In this document: positions 50,801-59,800 of the stretch, piece after piece | How positions within the stretch are numbered: the stretch's first letter is position 1 | How the letters are laid out: each line of letters begins with the position of its first letter | NCBI RefSeq assembly: GCF_964213995.1 | Contig: NC_135801.1 | Coordinates: forward strand, 82,832,001 to 82,896,000 | Origin: Mustelus asterias | Taxonomy: Eukaryota | Reading direction: 5' to 3' | DNA length: 64,000 nt | Made by a program: the position numbers and the translations under genes | The notes under the pieces: generated by a model | Seen by the model: the letters and a program-made list of their open reading frames with translations, nothing else | Told to the model about the DNA's origin: nothing | Database searches by the model: none

Positions 50801-53800
50801 ACGGAGAATCTTTTGTAGCAAATTGTGTAGCATTGGTGGTATCTGCTTCAGTGTGCAATCTGTTCTTCAGGCCAATTGTTATAGACTACTTTTTGACAAC
50901 TGCTGAAAGCATCAAGTGCCTGGGGATTGATCAATTAATTCTTAAACTTTCAGAGGAGAGCAACTTTCACTGCGAAATATAGAACGACTCCATAAAAAGC
51001 CTAAATCGGATAAGGAAACTCGACTAGCGACAGCAATGGTAAGAAATTGTTAGTGAATATTCCCAGACATAGCTTGGCTGTATTCTGGGTTTTTTTCTCC
51101 TCTGACAGTATTTTTTTATTTTCTCCCTGGGCTATGCATCATTTGGAGATGTCTCTGATTTTTAAAGTTTTATATTTGTGTATATACATGTTTTGCATTT
51201 TAGACATGATTAATGCCTTCGCTTGAAGGACCGCTATGTCCAAAGTGCATTAAATTTCTATGAAATATGAATTAGGCAAGTTTAAGAAGCCTCATTAATT
51301 AATTTCTATTCCTTTTTTTGGTCAATAAAGATTGTGAAGAACATGCGTCCTAAAGATTTAATTTCCTTTCAAAGTTATGCCAACATTTATACTGTGGCCT
51401 GTGGTGGAAAAATAGGATTCAGAGACAGTCAGTCATGGATAGGAACAACGTTTATTTTACTCTGCAGAGGTCGCGTTCCTCCTGCCACTTGAGAGAGTGG
51501 GGGGGGGGAAGGCGCACCCGAGTACAGCAAACGACAGTCTTTATACCTATTCTACTGGCCTGGCTACACAGACACACAGGCAGTAATGAGCTAATACAAT
51601 ATCAGTACTTTTTCATTCCGTGTTAGGGAGTTGTTTTTCTTCTTTTGCTGTATTTTCCTTATCTTCCTCATTCAGCCAGTTTTAATCAGTCTCCTCGCTT
51701 CTGCAGTTTCTCAACCGCCCCCTTGTGCAGCTGCTCAACTTTGAGTTTTAATCATTTTAGTTCCTCCTTATTGAACTAGCCCAAGCTTGGCTATCCTGAC
51801 CTGTGGTCTGCTTTATTCTTTATGTTAAAATTTTCCATTTTCCATTACAGGCCAAACCTTGTGTATTTGAAGTTAATCTTGGTGCGCATGTGGAGAAAAG
51901 CTCTTCTGTCATCATATTCCATTTCTGTTGTTATGGAAACTTAACATAAATATGTCAAGAACATTATTCAGCCATAAACCTCAATGGCAGTATTTATAAT
52001 GGAGATCTGCTGAAACTGACCATCAGCCTTTCTTTCCTACTAACCCGACCACCCTGCTAAATGGATGACTCCTGAGTGGTGCCTTAGCTGGTTGTCTTAG
52101 AGGTTCCATTATATAATATTTTATTGTACTGTCACATACTTAATTGTGTATAATTTGCCATTTCCATTTTTTTATGGGCTTCACTAGTAAGACCAAAGTT
52201 TGTTGCCCAACTCATCATTAAGAATAGTAGAATGTTAAATGGGTTTTTATGGCAATCAGTGATACCAGATTTTTTGGTGGGATTTGAACTTGTGTCACCA
52301 GTGAAAAACCCTAGAATTTTAATTATAATTCCACAAGTTGATAGTACTCTTGCTTCTGTGTCACAAGGATATGGGATCAAGTCCCACTCCAGGACTTGAG
52401 CACAATAATTTAGGCTGACACCCTAGTGCAGTACTCGGGGAGGTGTGCTGTCTTTCTGTTGAGACGTTAAATTAGGCCCCTTCTGTTCTCAGATGGATGA
52501 AAAACTCCCATGGTTCTATTTCAAAAAGCAGTGAAGTTATCCCTGGTCTTCTGGCCAATATTTAACCTTCAATCAACATCACAAAAAAACATACTATCTG
52601 GTTATCATCACGTTGCTGTTTTGTGGGAGCAAGCTATGTGCAAATTGGCAGCTATGTTACCTACAACAGTGACTAGACTTCAAAAATACTGAAAATGAAA
52701 GGAGCTTTGGGCTGTGTTTTACAAATATTTTGGACTATTTTTGCAGCTTTAATGTTCCATTTTTGTTCACGGGCAACGGTTATAACAGCTTAGTAATAGC
52801 ATTCAACTGAAACAGAGTCCATTGGCCCCGATTAGATTTAAGTCAAATAATGGATAAATTACAGTTCTTAGCAACTGATTAAAATGTGTTATTGCAGCAG
52901 ATTGGATACTTGTTACTCCTTTAACAACTCCGCAAACTATAGTAATAAGTGCCAGACATGGAAAGTTGTGAAACTAACTTGATGAAAAATTGTCACCATT
53001 AATTTCTGTGGAAATATTTAGCATAACTTTGGCAAAATATCAGCAGAAATGTTACCCCTATGATTTCTGTGTTATGTGTAGTAGGCGGCTTTACTCTGGT
53101 CATCAGGATAACCTGCACTGTTCCTCATGTGATTCATCTGCTTTTATTAAATCTTACAGGCAGGGAGATCTGAGAGAAATGAATTTGTGAAAAAGAGAAA
53201 CAAACTGAATCCATATGCAAGCACAACCAACCAGGACAAGAAAAAGAAAAAGAACTTTATGATGATGAGATATAGTCGTAATGTCCGATCAAAAGGCAAA
53301 CGCTCCTTCAGGGAAAAGCAGGTAATTAATTTATTCTTGGTTCAGAATTGGAAAATGTTAGAAATGCTCAGCAGGTCATCTGGGAAAAAGATCCTTCTTC
53401 AGAATTGGAATTTAATGGAGATGAATAGTATTCAAAAAGGAACAGAACATGGGGGAAGGAGGAAGTAAGACAATCAAATTAAAAGAAGTAAAGTTGTCTT
53501 CAAATTGCTAATATAGAAAACAGGAGGTGGTTAAAATGGAGAAGTTATATCAGATTGATGTTTAACTGTTAATTCCATAAATATCCTATTATTAACTGGG
53601 GCAAATTCAGTGTAAAAGGTATTGCGTGCGCAGGATACTTAAAGTGCATTTAGGGTAACTTTTGGCAGTATCTAGTTAGCTCAACAAGAGAAGGGGTATC
53701 AGTTGGAGAGGTGGTAGTGAACATAATTCAATTAGATTTTGAGCATTATGGAAATTTAGATTCCATTGGATGTCAAATAGCATACAGAGTACGATGAGGC

Positions 53801-54402
53801 AAAAAAGAAAGTTGATGTCAGATGAGACAAATTCAATACTGTAGAAAGCCTAGAGAAAGAAAGGTGAATGGGTGAAATTAGAAAATAAATTAATAAAGGG
53901 AGGGCATGAAATAATATTGGCAAATGGAAGTCAAAACTGTTTTATAAATACTAAGGAAAGAGTAGAGCCAATTAGAGACTGAAAAGATAACGTGTGTGGA
54001 AGTAGAAAACGTGGACGTAGTTCTTATTGAATACTTCATAATCAGATCAGTCATGATCTTATTGAATGGTGGAGCAGGCTCAAGGGGCCAAATGGCCTAC
54101 TCCTGCTTCTAATTTGTATGGTTAGGCCTAAGAAATTTCCAGAACATCTACACACACTGTTGCAGAATGGTTACTGAGGATGGGACATGGGACATGTGTA
54201 TAATCAAATGATGTATTTTCTGCAGATGTTATAAACTGTTATTACATGGCTCATAATGTATCGCCGGCATCTCCACATCGTAATGTTAGAGCAGGATGAT
54301 CACTGAACATGGACTGCCTACGCAGTTTACAAGTTATATTTCTTTTGACAGATTGCTTTGCGGGATGCCCTCTTGAAGAGGAAAAAACACTTGATGAAGT
54401 GA
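9353..54402 (+). CDS. SDAD1: SDA1 domain-containing protein 1 (60S ribosome biogenesis factor), whole gene span, 21 coding exons, 685 aa
   Basis: Manually spliced exons give one open frame of 2058 nt, from [24 protein letters not shown] to [15 protein letters not shown]. It is colinear with vertebrate SDAD1 as recalled; all introns are GT-AG and phases are compatible. Confidence 0.97.
9503..9785 (+). mobile_element. HE1-type V-SINE (internally deleted)
   Basis: Head and tail match the other copies. Confidence 0.8.
9975..10145 (+). mobile_element. Rex1/Babar-like LINE 3' end
   Basis: Ends AATAAATCAAATCAAA; reverse complement of the 5503 copy. Confidence 0.7.
10234..10480 (-). mobile_element. 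HE1-type V-SINE nested in a Deu-domain SINE (~10180-10830)
   Basis: V-SINE motifs; flanks continue the Deu-SINE sequence (CAGGTGGATGTAAAA). Confidence 0.75.
10995..12075 (-). mobile_element. Rex1/Babar-like LINE, 5'-truncated RT C-terminus, frameshifted
   Basis: [28 protein letters not shown]; [13 protein letters not shown]. Confidence 0.85.
12076..13150. mobile_element. Possible LTR-like repeat interrupted by SINEs
   Basis: Begins TGTGACG exactly where the Rex1 fragment stops; no matching end or TSD found. Confidence 0.3.
12291..12567 (-). mobile_element. V-SINE, alternative-tail subfamily
   Basis: HE1-like head and core with tail ...GTAAGCCTACTTGTGACTAATAAATAAAC. Confidence 0.8.
13877..14455 (+). 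mobile_element. CR1/HER1 LINE 3' end
   Basis: [29 protein letters not shown]; (CTCTATGA)n tail. Confidence 0.9.
14500..14920 (+). mobile_element. L2-type LINE 3' end, decayed
   Basis: ITPVL.DL..-like remnant followed by an L2-like 3' UTR. Confidence 0.55.
15272..15910 (-). mobile_element. Rex1/Babar-like 3' end interrupted by a V-SINE
   Basis: TTCCCGAC|...|AGAAGGTGGAAGAG is contiguous in the other copies. Confidence 0.8.
15516..15873 (+). mobile_element. Full-length young HE1-type V-SINE
   Basis: GGCGGCACGGTAGCACAGTGG head, B box GGTTCGATTCC, V core, (TTCTATGA)n tail. Confidence 0.92.
16596..16700 (+). CDS. SDAD1: SDAD1 exon 2 ([35 protein letters not shown])
   Basis: cccaacag| ... |gtaagt; 105 nt. 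Confidence 0.95.
17255..17440 (-). mobile_element. HE1-type V-SINE 3' half
   Basis: Matches the tail of the 15516 copy. Confidence 0.85.
17515..17613 (+). CDS. SDAD1: SDAD1 exon 3 (VAHCYP...LDPGLRM)
   Basis: tttttacag| ... |gtgaac; 99 nt. Confidence 0.95.
18601..18783 (+). CDS. SDAD1: SDAD1 exon 4 ([13 protein letters not shown]...KHKNNKMNT)
   Basis: tgtttag| ... |gtgagt; 183 nt. Confidence 0.95.
20576..21690 (-). mobile_element. CR1 LINE 3' fragment, decayed
   Basis: (TTCTTTG)-type tail; KFADD and GVPQGS remnants. Confidence 0.8.
22140..22240 (+). CDS. SDAD1: SDAD1 exon 5 ([14 protein letters not shown]...ELYKRNIW)
   Basis: ttctcag| ... |gtaagt; 101 nt. Confidence 0.95.
22344..23214 (-). 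mobile_element. Young CR1 LINE 3' fragment
   Basis: ORF 22507-23232 with [30 protein letters not shown]. Confidence 0.92.
24271..24328 (+). CDS. SDAD1: SDAD1 exon 6 ([19 protein letters not shown])
   Basis: tttgcag| ... |gtaagg; 58 nt. Confidence 0.95.
25071..25400 (+). mobile_element. HE1-type V-SINE
   Basis: Near full-length match to the 15516 copy. Confidence 0.9.
28015..28322 (+). mobile_element. HE1-type V-SINE
   Basis: V core and tail. Confidence 0.88.
28762..28836 (+). CDS. SDAD1: SDAD1 exon 7 ([25 protein letters not shown])
   Basis: attcag| ... |gtatgt; 75 nt. Confidence 0.95.
29270..30340. mobile_element. CR1 RT fragment (+) with a second CR1 3' end (-) nested at ~29680-30185
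   Basis: [21 protein letters not shown] on +, resuming at KFNDSTK after the inner element. Confidence 0.8.
30488..30589 (+). CDS. SDAD1: SDAD1 exon 8 (DEGPTTRD...[11 protein letters not shown])
   Basis: ttttaag| ... |gtaagc; 102 nt. Confidence 0.94.
30855..31535. mobile_element. GC-rich non-autonomous DNA transposon-like element
   Basis: GGGTGGAATTTTAC start, imperfect inverted end, abrupt GC shift. Confidence 0.55.
32115..32184 (+). CDS. SDAD1: SDAD1 exon 9 ([23 protein letters not shown])
   Basis: ttttacag| ... |gtaaaa; 70 nt. Confidence 0.95.
32426..33330. mobile_element. GC-rich MITE-like element containing a C30 tract (32803-32832)
   Basis: Homologous to 35306-36110; GGGGCGATTCTCCC start, GGGAGATTCG near the end. 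Confidence 0.65.
34124..34227 (+). CDS. SDAD1: SDAD1 exon 10 ([10 protein letters not shown]...[10 protein letters not shown])
   Basis: ttgcag| ... |gtgaat; 104 nt. Confidence 0.95.
34373..34596 (-). mobile_element. tRNA-derived SINE distinct from HE1
   Basis: Head GGGTCGGTTAGCTCAGTTGG (A box), B-box-like GGTTCTATT; body with pseudoknot-forming segments. Confidence 0.75.
34645..35000 (+). mobile_element. Deu-domain SINE (SacSINE1-like), decayed
   Basis: GGATGAGACATTAAAC..AAAAGATC..GTTCTCCTGGTG..ATTTATTCCTC. Confidence 0.6.
35306..36110. mobile_element. GC-rich MITE-like element
   Basis: Colinear with 32426-33200. Confidence 0.65.
36753..36805 (+). repeat. 26-bp tandem duplication
   Basis: AGATTCCAGGGCCAACAAGACCCATA x2. 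Confidence 0.9.
37610..38252. mobile_element. GC-rich MITE-like element (related family)
   Basis: GC shift; AAAACTGG and GGCAATGCCA motifs shared with neighbours; ends AGAAAATTGCCC. Confidence 0.5.
38429..38486 (+). CDS. SDAD1: SDAD1 exon 11 ([19 protein letters not shown])
   Basis: cctcccag| ... |gtgaga; 58 nt. Confidence 0.95.
38546..40279 (+). mobile_element. Young 5'-truncated CR1 LINE (ORF2 RT domain), one frameshift near 39307
   Basis: KSPGPDG, W+[39 protein letters not shown]; candidate TSD ATGTG at 38541-38545 and 40280-40284. Confidence 0.95.
40311..40369 (+). CDS. SDAD1: SDAD1 exon 12 ([19 protein letters not shown])
   Basis: ccttttag| ... |gtaatg; 59 nt. Confidence 0.95.
41630..42470 (-). 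mobile_element. Old CR1 fragments
   Basis: [20 protein letters not shown] remnant. Confidence 0.65.
42604..42680 (+). CDS. SDAD1: SDAD1 exon 13 ([26 protein letters not shown])
   Basis: ttttctag| ... |gtgtgt; 77 nt. Confidence 0.93.
43400..43497 (+). CDS. SDAD1: SDAD1 exon 14 ([32 protein letters not shown])
   Basis: aaacag| ... |gtgagt; 98 nt. Confidence 0.95.
44400..44642 (-). mobile_element. V-SINE
   Basis: V core GAGCACCCGGAGGAAACCCAC on the + strand. Confidence 0.8.
44880..44956 (+). CDS. SDAD1: SDAD1 exon 15 ([25 protein letters not shown])
   Basis: ttccctag| ... |gtaaga; 77 nt. Confidence 0.95.
46207..46321 (+). CDS. SDAD1: SDAD1 exon 16 ([11 protein letters not shown]...[17 protein letters not shown])
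   Basis: tgatag| ... |gtaagt; 115 nt. Confidence 0.94.
46560..47160 (-). mobile_element. L2-type LINE fragments, decayed
   Basis: Reverse-complement similarity to 7780-8590 and 14500-14920. Confidence 0.5.
47166..47241 (+). repeat. Degenerate ~17-18 bp tandem repeat
   Basis: CAATTCTGCARTATCCYC-like units x4. Confidence 0.7.
47342..47442 (+). CDS. SDAD1: SDAD1 exon 17 ([33 protein letters not shown])
   Basis: cttgcag| ... |gtaagc; 101 nt. Confidence 0.94.
48503..48690 (+). CDS. SDAD1: SDAD1 exon 18 ([16 protein letters not shown]...[13 protein letters not shown]...ASDES)
   Basis: tcaaaag| ... |gtatgt; 188 nt; an in-frame alternative acceptor ends at 48481. Confidence 0.9.
49710..49918. mobile_element. 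Short MITE-like element
   Basis: GGGGCGGGATTTAC ... GTAAAGTTCCAGCC imperfect inverted ends. Confidence 0.55.
50590..50790 (-). mobile_element. V-SINE alternative-tail subfamily, partial
   Basis: Tail as at 12291. Confidence 0.75.
50954..51038 (+). CDS. SDAD1: SDAD1 exon 19 ([28 protein letters not shown])
   Basis: ctttcag| ... |gtaaga; 85 nt. Confidence 0.95.
51400..51849 (-). mobile_element. Solo LTR (ERV- or Gypsy-type), 450 bp
   Basis: TG...CA; 10/12 inverted termini; GGCC TSD at 51396-51399 and 51850-51853; TATAAA then AATAAA on the - strand. Confidence 0.8.
52345..52700 (+). mobile_element. Deu-domain SINE (SacSINE1-like)
   Basis: TCAAGTCCCACTCCAG..GAGACGTTAAA..GGCCAATATTTA..CAATCAACATCAC. 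Confidence 0.7.
53160..53321 (+). CDS. SDAD1: SDAD1 exon 20 ([12 protein letters not shown]...[24 protein letters not shown])
   Basis: cttacag| ... |gtaatt; 162 nt. Confidence 0.95.
54352..54402 (+). CDS. SDAD1: SDAD1 last coding exon ([16 protein letters not shown])
   Basis: ttgacag|; TGA at 54400-54402. Confidence 0.95.
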   Translation: MALRDALLKRKKHLMK

Positions 54403-54444
54403 ATCCAGGAATTTTAGGACGTTTCCAGAATTTTATTCTTTCCA

Positions 54445-54553
54445 AATAAAATAAGGGTGTTGCAACTAAAACATCACACTGTTGAGGATATTTCTAAAAA
54501 CTTGAATATATTCTCCATATAATATTTGTACAGTAACTGATCTATGAAATAAA
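54445..54553 (+). terminator. Candidate SDAD1 polyadenylation signals
   Basis: AATAAA at 54445-54450 and 54548-54553 downstream of the stop codon. Confidence 0.55.
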
Positions 54554-55559
54554 TCAATTGTGAACATAAGCAATGCGTATTTTTTCCTCTACTTTTTTCT
54601 AAAATTGCATTATCACCGAAGTGTTGATCCATTGCTAAGAGAAATGCTGATGGGGACAGTGGCCATTCACCTTTATACCAACTTCAACCCATATTGCTCA
54701 GCTGAAAGTGTCCTGACTGCTTTGACCATCCGAGTAAAATTAATTGGAGCAGTCTCCACCATGTTTCTGGTAAGCATTTAAATGTAGCACTCATTGTCAG
54801 GAGGTAAGCAGTCTCATTCCGAGATTGCAGGGTGGGGTAATGGATGGGTCCCACTGGTGCAGCTGGGTGCCCTTCAGGGATTATGATGGAGGCCAGACTA
54901 GAAGAAGCTGATCCTTCAAACCTGAATTTGATATGAACACTTATTGCCTAAAATAAGATAAGAGGTGTTACATTTCCCAAGACTAACACTACACCTTGCT
55001 GAAGACAAAAATTCAATACATAAGTGTGATTTGTGCTTGATGAAGAAGGAAGCAGAAAAATGTACAGAATTAAGAGCTAGCCACTTGATCACATGAACTT
55101 TGCAAACCCTAAAGTAACTTGTAGGGAATGTTTAAACTTCTGAGGTCATGCTTTCCTGATGGTTTAGTGGATAAATGCACCAAATGATGGGTTACTGAAT
55201 AATACGGACCAGAACTTCCCAGGTTCCAGTCTGTGCTAAATTAGCTGACCACTATGGGAGCAGTAATTGGGGAGTTACAATTGACCTTGACACAATGGAG
55301 GAGGGAGAAGAAAATCCAGAATTCCCCTCAGTTGTTCAGTGGTGGCCACTGCTGTGACTTTAGGCAGAATCCAAAGAAGAGCTTACGGAGGCCAGACTTA
55401 AGGCAAATAAATGTAGGGTATTGGTGGGGTCTGGCTGGCAGGCTCTAAGGAGGGAGGCAGGGGTTGGGGAGCCAGATTTGAGAGGTTAGGGAGGGGGATT
55501 GCACCTTGGACAGGCTTTGGGGAGTCAGGAGGTGAACTACTCCCTTGGATTCCTAGCCT

Positions 55560-55830
55560 CTAATCTGCTCTTGTAACCAGAGTAATTGTGTGAATGGTCC
55601 AGTTCAGTGTCTGGTCAATGACAACTCTCAGGTTGTTGGTAGTGGGGGATTCAGGGACGGTAATGCCATTGAATGTCAATGAGAAATGGTTGGACCCTCT
55701 CTTGTTGGGGATGGTCATTTTCTGATACCTATGTGGCATGAATGTTACTGCCACTTATTGCAGGCCTGAATATTGTCCATAGATTGCTGCATGTGGGCCT
55801 GGACTGCTTCCCTATCAGAGGTGTTCCAAA
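55560..55830 (-). mobile_element. Decayed LINE RT C-terminal fragment
   Basis: LTFNGIT..ESPT..L.V.IDQ.LNW remnant. Confidence 0.55.
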
Positions 55831-56658
55831 GGTGCCCAAAATAGGAACCTGCCTCAGGATCATCGTTTAATTAGGGATGGTGAGTGGGATGATGATGATG
55901 ATTTGAGATTGCAATTGGGGTTGCAGGATTTAAAGGATCACCGACAGCCTTCACAGTGGCTGTACAGAGATGTGTATTATGCCTGGGAATAATTACTTCT
56001 TCCCCTCTGTACTGAGTACATATCATTTGTAGCTCTCAATGACTTCCCTCTGAGCACTGGCCTCCTCTAAGCTGCCATATTCGAGACAAATGGGCTGCAT
56101 TTTACCATGCTTCTGCCAAATGTGTTTTAGGCAGGGAGGGGTTAGCACATAAAATATAGCAAGTGCCAACGCCACCACTTTCTGCAGGAGATTGGAGGCC
56201 TTGTTGAAGGGACAGGGTGGGTCAACTCGTCCATTAAAACCACAAGTAGGTGGGTTGAGGACTGGACTTGGATGTTTTAACCTGCCACCTTATCCAAATT
56301 CACCCCTGCACCCTCCCCTCTCCTGGCCTTTTGAGGGTTGAAGTGCCCCCAACTCCAAAACCGGCACCTTGCAGCAAGCTCGTGACGGTGAGCATTTGTA
56401 AGAGTCTTTTTAATTCTAATTTTCAAGAGTGGTTGACAGCTGTGGATAAAGTAGGGTGTGCCCCTTACATGATAAGGGAGCATAAGACGCTGAGTGCTCA
56501 CACCAAGTGTGTGTACTCCGTATGGAGCAAGCAGCAACTCATTGACATGTTTGGCAGGGAAAGAGGTTGGACTTCCTGTCGATGGAGGCGGTGCATTAAA
56601 GTGACTTCCCTATTACTGAACCGGAGTCAATACACTTTGCTTCTTGGTTCTTGTGGAA

Positions 56659-56831
56659 ATGTTGCTGTATTTACAGTTGTTGTTACTCTGTTTATTCCCT
56701 GGGGGCCGGGGGGATTTCTCTCCTCCGCGTTTCAATGTGAGTTTGGAGCTGCCGCCTGCCCAGCGCTGGGAGCCGGTGTTGAGACATTACGATGCGGCGC
56801 AGTTCCGCAGGATCGTGCAGCAAGTGATCGG
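56659..56831 (+). CDS. NAAA: NAAA exon 1 (signal peptide, FNVS sequon)
   Basis: ATG 56659; hydrophobic leader; donor GG|gtgagg. Confidence 0.92.
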
Positions 56832-59800
56832 GTGAGGACAGGAGCTGCTGCCCCAGGCAGCCAGCCCCTCAATGCTGCTTTCTGCATTGTCTTCATGGTT
56901 ATGTATTTCTACTTGGAACATTCAGCCACTCTGATCTCTCATTTTTAATGTGATGCAATTTTATTAGATTCCCATTGTCTTTCTGTTTGGTTGTTCTTTC
57001 CGGTGATATTTTTCTTCCCAGTTTATACATTGCGCAAACTCTCATTTGTTGCCTGATGTACTTTTGATGTTACTTTTCTGTAGTGGCCACGTTTGTGCCA
57101 GGTAGTTAGTATATTGTTTAATCTCATTATATTGGCTAGGTTGGTGTGAAGCCTCCCTGGTCCCAGCCTTCCTGTCAGCAGTGGAGAGTGCGCCACTGCT
57201 CACTTTACTCAGTCTTTCCATTTACAATGCCTGTTTTGAGTTTATTTACTTGCATTGTTTTTAAATGGAGCTGTCATCCCCAGCACTGTACAACTACCTG
57301 CCCGACAATGCTCACCCTAGCCGCCCCTAACGATGTTCACCTCCTCCCTCACCCCCATGCTGTTCCCTGCTTCCTTATCCCCTGACACTATTCCCCCTTT
57401 CCTCATAGAATCATAGAATCCCATAGTGCAGAAGGAAGCCATTTGGCTCATCGAGTCTGCACAGACCACAATCCCACTCAGGTCCTATCCCCATAACCCA
57501 ATGCATTTACCCATGCTACTCCCCCTGACACTAAGGGGCAATTTAGCATGGCCAATCCACTAACCTGCACATCTTTGGACTGTGGGAGAAAACCGGAGCA
57601 CCTGGGAGAAACCTACGCAGATACGGGAGAATGTGCAAACCCTACACAGACAGTGACCCAAGCCGGGAATTGAACCCAGGTCCCTGGCGCTATGAGGCTG
57701 CAGTGCTAATCACTGTGCCACCCCCGACAATGATCACCCCTCTCACATTCCCCGACAGCATTCATCCCTCATCCCCGGACAGCGTTCACCCCTCTCTCAT
57801 CCCCGGACAGCGTTCACCCCTCTCTCATCTCCCGACAGCATTCACCCCTTATCCCCAACAGCATCCACCCTTCCCACATCTCCCAACAGCTGTTACCTCT
57901 CTAGACTCTGCTTGCTAAAGGCATTGTCATGGAGAATGCACCAGTTAACTGATAATTGACAGTTAACTGCAAAGCTTCTGCTGATTAGAGTACCTATCAG
58001 CACTTTCTTTCTCATGCAGTATAAATTGTTGTTTTCTTTACAATTTGGTACTCTTGCAAATTGTCCTGATGAATGCAAGATGAAGAGCTTTGACAACATG
58101 TCTTTTTTTTCAGCAATGTGTCAAAAGATAATGCTGACAAAATAGCAATGAAGCTAATTGCATTGGCCATTATTTATACACAGATGCCACAACATTTACA
58201 CTTCATTAATTGCACACTATAAATTTCACAGTGCTTCATTCAATCTGACTGGTTAAGGAGATATACAGTTGCTTGGCCTGTTCACTCAGATCTCAGATAT
58301 TCAATGGAAGATGTGCCACTTCCATCTTGCACTTTCAGTTCCTTAAAAATGGCAAAACTTTTTAAAGGTTATTTATTATTGTCACAAGTAAGCTTACATT
58401 AACACTGCAGTGAAGTTACTGTGAAAATCCCCTAGTCACCACACCCCGGTGCCTGTTCGGGTACACTGAGGGAGAATTTAGCATGGCTAATGCACCTAAC
58501 CAGCACATCTTTCGGACTGTGGAAGGAAGCCGGAGCACCCGGAGGAAACCCACGCAGATACGGAGAGAACATGCAGACTCCGCACAGATACTGGCCCAAG
58601 CTGGGAATCAACGTTGTGAGGCAGCAGTGCTAACCACAGTGCCACCATGCTGCCCTACAGTAGTGTCATATCTTGCCTGCCACAGGGAATTGATAATACA
58701 AGGTTTGCAAAAATATGAAATCCAACAGAATTCGCTGCCTTTTAATCAGACATTTGTCTTTCTATCTGAAAAAGTTGTTAGGAAAGATAATTGAACCTTT
58801 CCAGACTTTCTCATTACAGTATGTAAGTTTTATGCATTCAGTCTTTCCCAAGTATTTGTGCTTTGTATCGTGATATAATTGTCAATCAATATTTTGATAC
58901 CATATTCTGTTGGTCTGTGGCCAGCAGATTTTTTTTTCAAAGAGAGTTTGGCAGGCTAGTACAAGGCAACTTAAATCGTTCAACATGATGGTGCAAGTAG
59001 AATAACCTGTAATCCATGTCCAGCCATCTTTGCTTAAAGCAGATTATGGGAAAGATAGAGGTTTTGTATTATCAGGGACAACATTTGTTTATTGAAACCT
59101 CTCCGTTCCACTGTGAACCAGCTGATCTATTTAACAAATGTAACTGTTCATGCAAGTTTATTTTTCAACTGTGTTTTAAGAAAGTTTATGACAAATACTC
59201 TTGAAACAATCAAATTTTTGTGTTACAGTTTTGTTGCTCCGAAGTGGGTGATTCCCATTGTTGAGCAGCTAGCAACTCAGCTAGGCAAGATATTACCACA
59301 ACCCTATGAAGCAGAAATTCGAGGAATAAGTAAAGCCCTAGGTTTAAAGCTTGGAGATGGATTTCTTATAAACCTTGTTTATGAAATCTCTGGGTAAGTA
59401 TTCTTTGACATTCTTTAACACTTAACAATCAAAATTGTTAAACTTTGATCAATTTTCCACCTGAACTACTTCAGTTTGTCCTGTGGAATAGGTTACACAG
59501 TCAAATGTTCTTATCCAAATAGGAGTTGGACCTGTAGTCGCTCGGGAATAATTTACCTTGGAACATTCACATTTTTTCATTAAAGTCTTACTCTTGGACA
59601 GACAAAATCTATTACAAGGCCAGATAATATGAACAACCTGAAAATGTATCTTATACCTTAATGTGTAACGGTGAAGAAAACAGTGTGATATGAACAAGTA
59701 GTGACCTGTAAAGGTACTTTGAGCTGACCTAGATTTTCCAGTCGGTATTATGTTAACACCAGCATTGACCCATATAACTGGATTAATACTAGTGTTAAAA

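Noticed and set aside
56268-56948. 226-aa ORF over the NAAA promoter and exon 1
   Set aside because: Non-ATG start and out of frame with the clearly homologous NAAA exon; most likely a shadow ORF.
57722-57900. CRISPR-like spaced repeats
   Set aside because: Degenerate tandem units without unique spacers in a vertebrate intron; a minisatellite.
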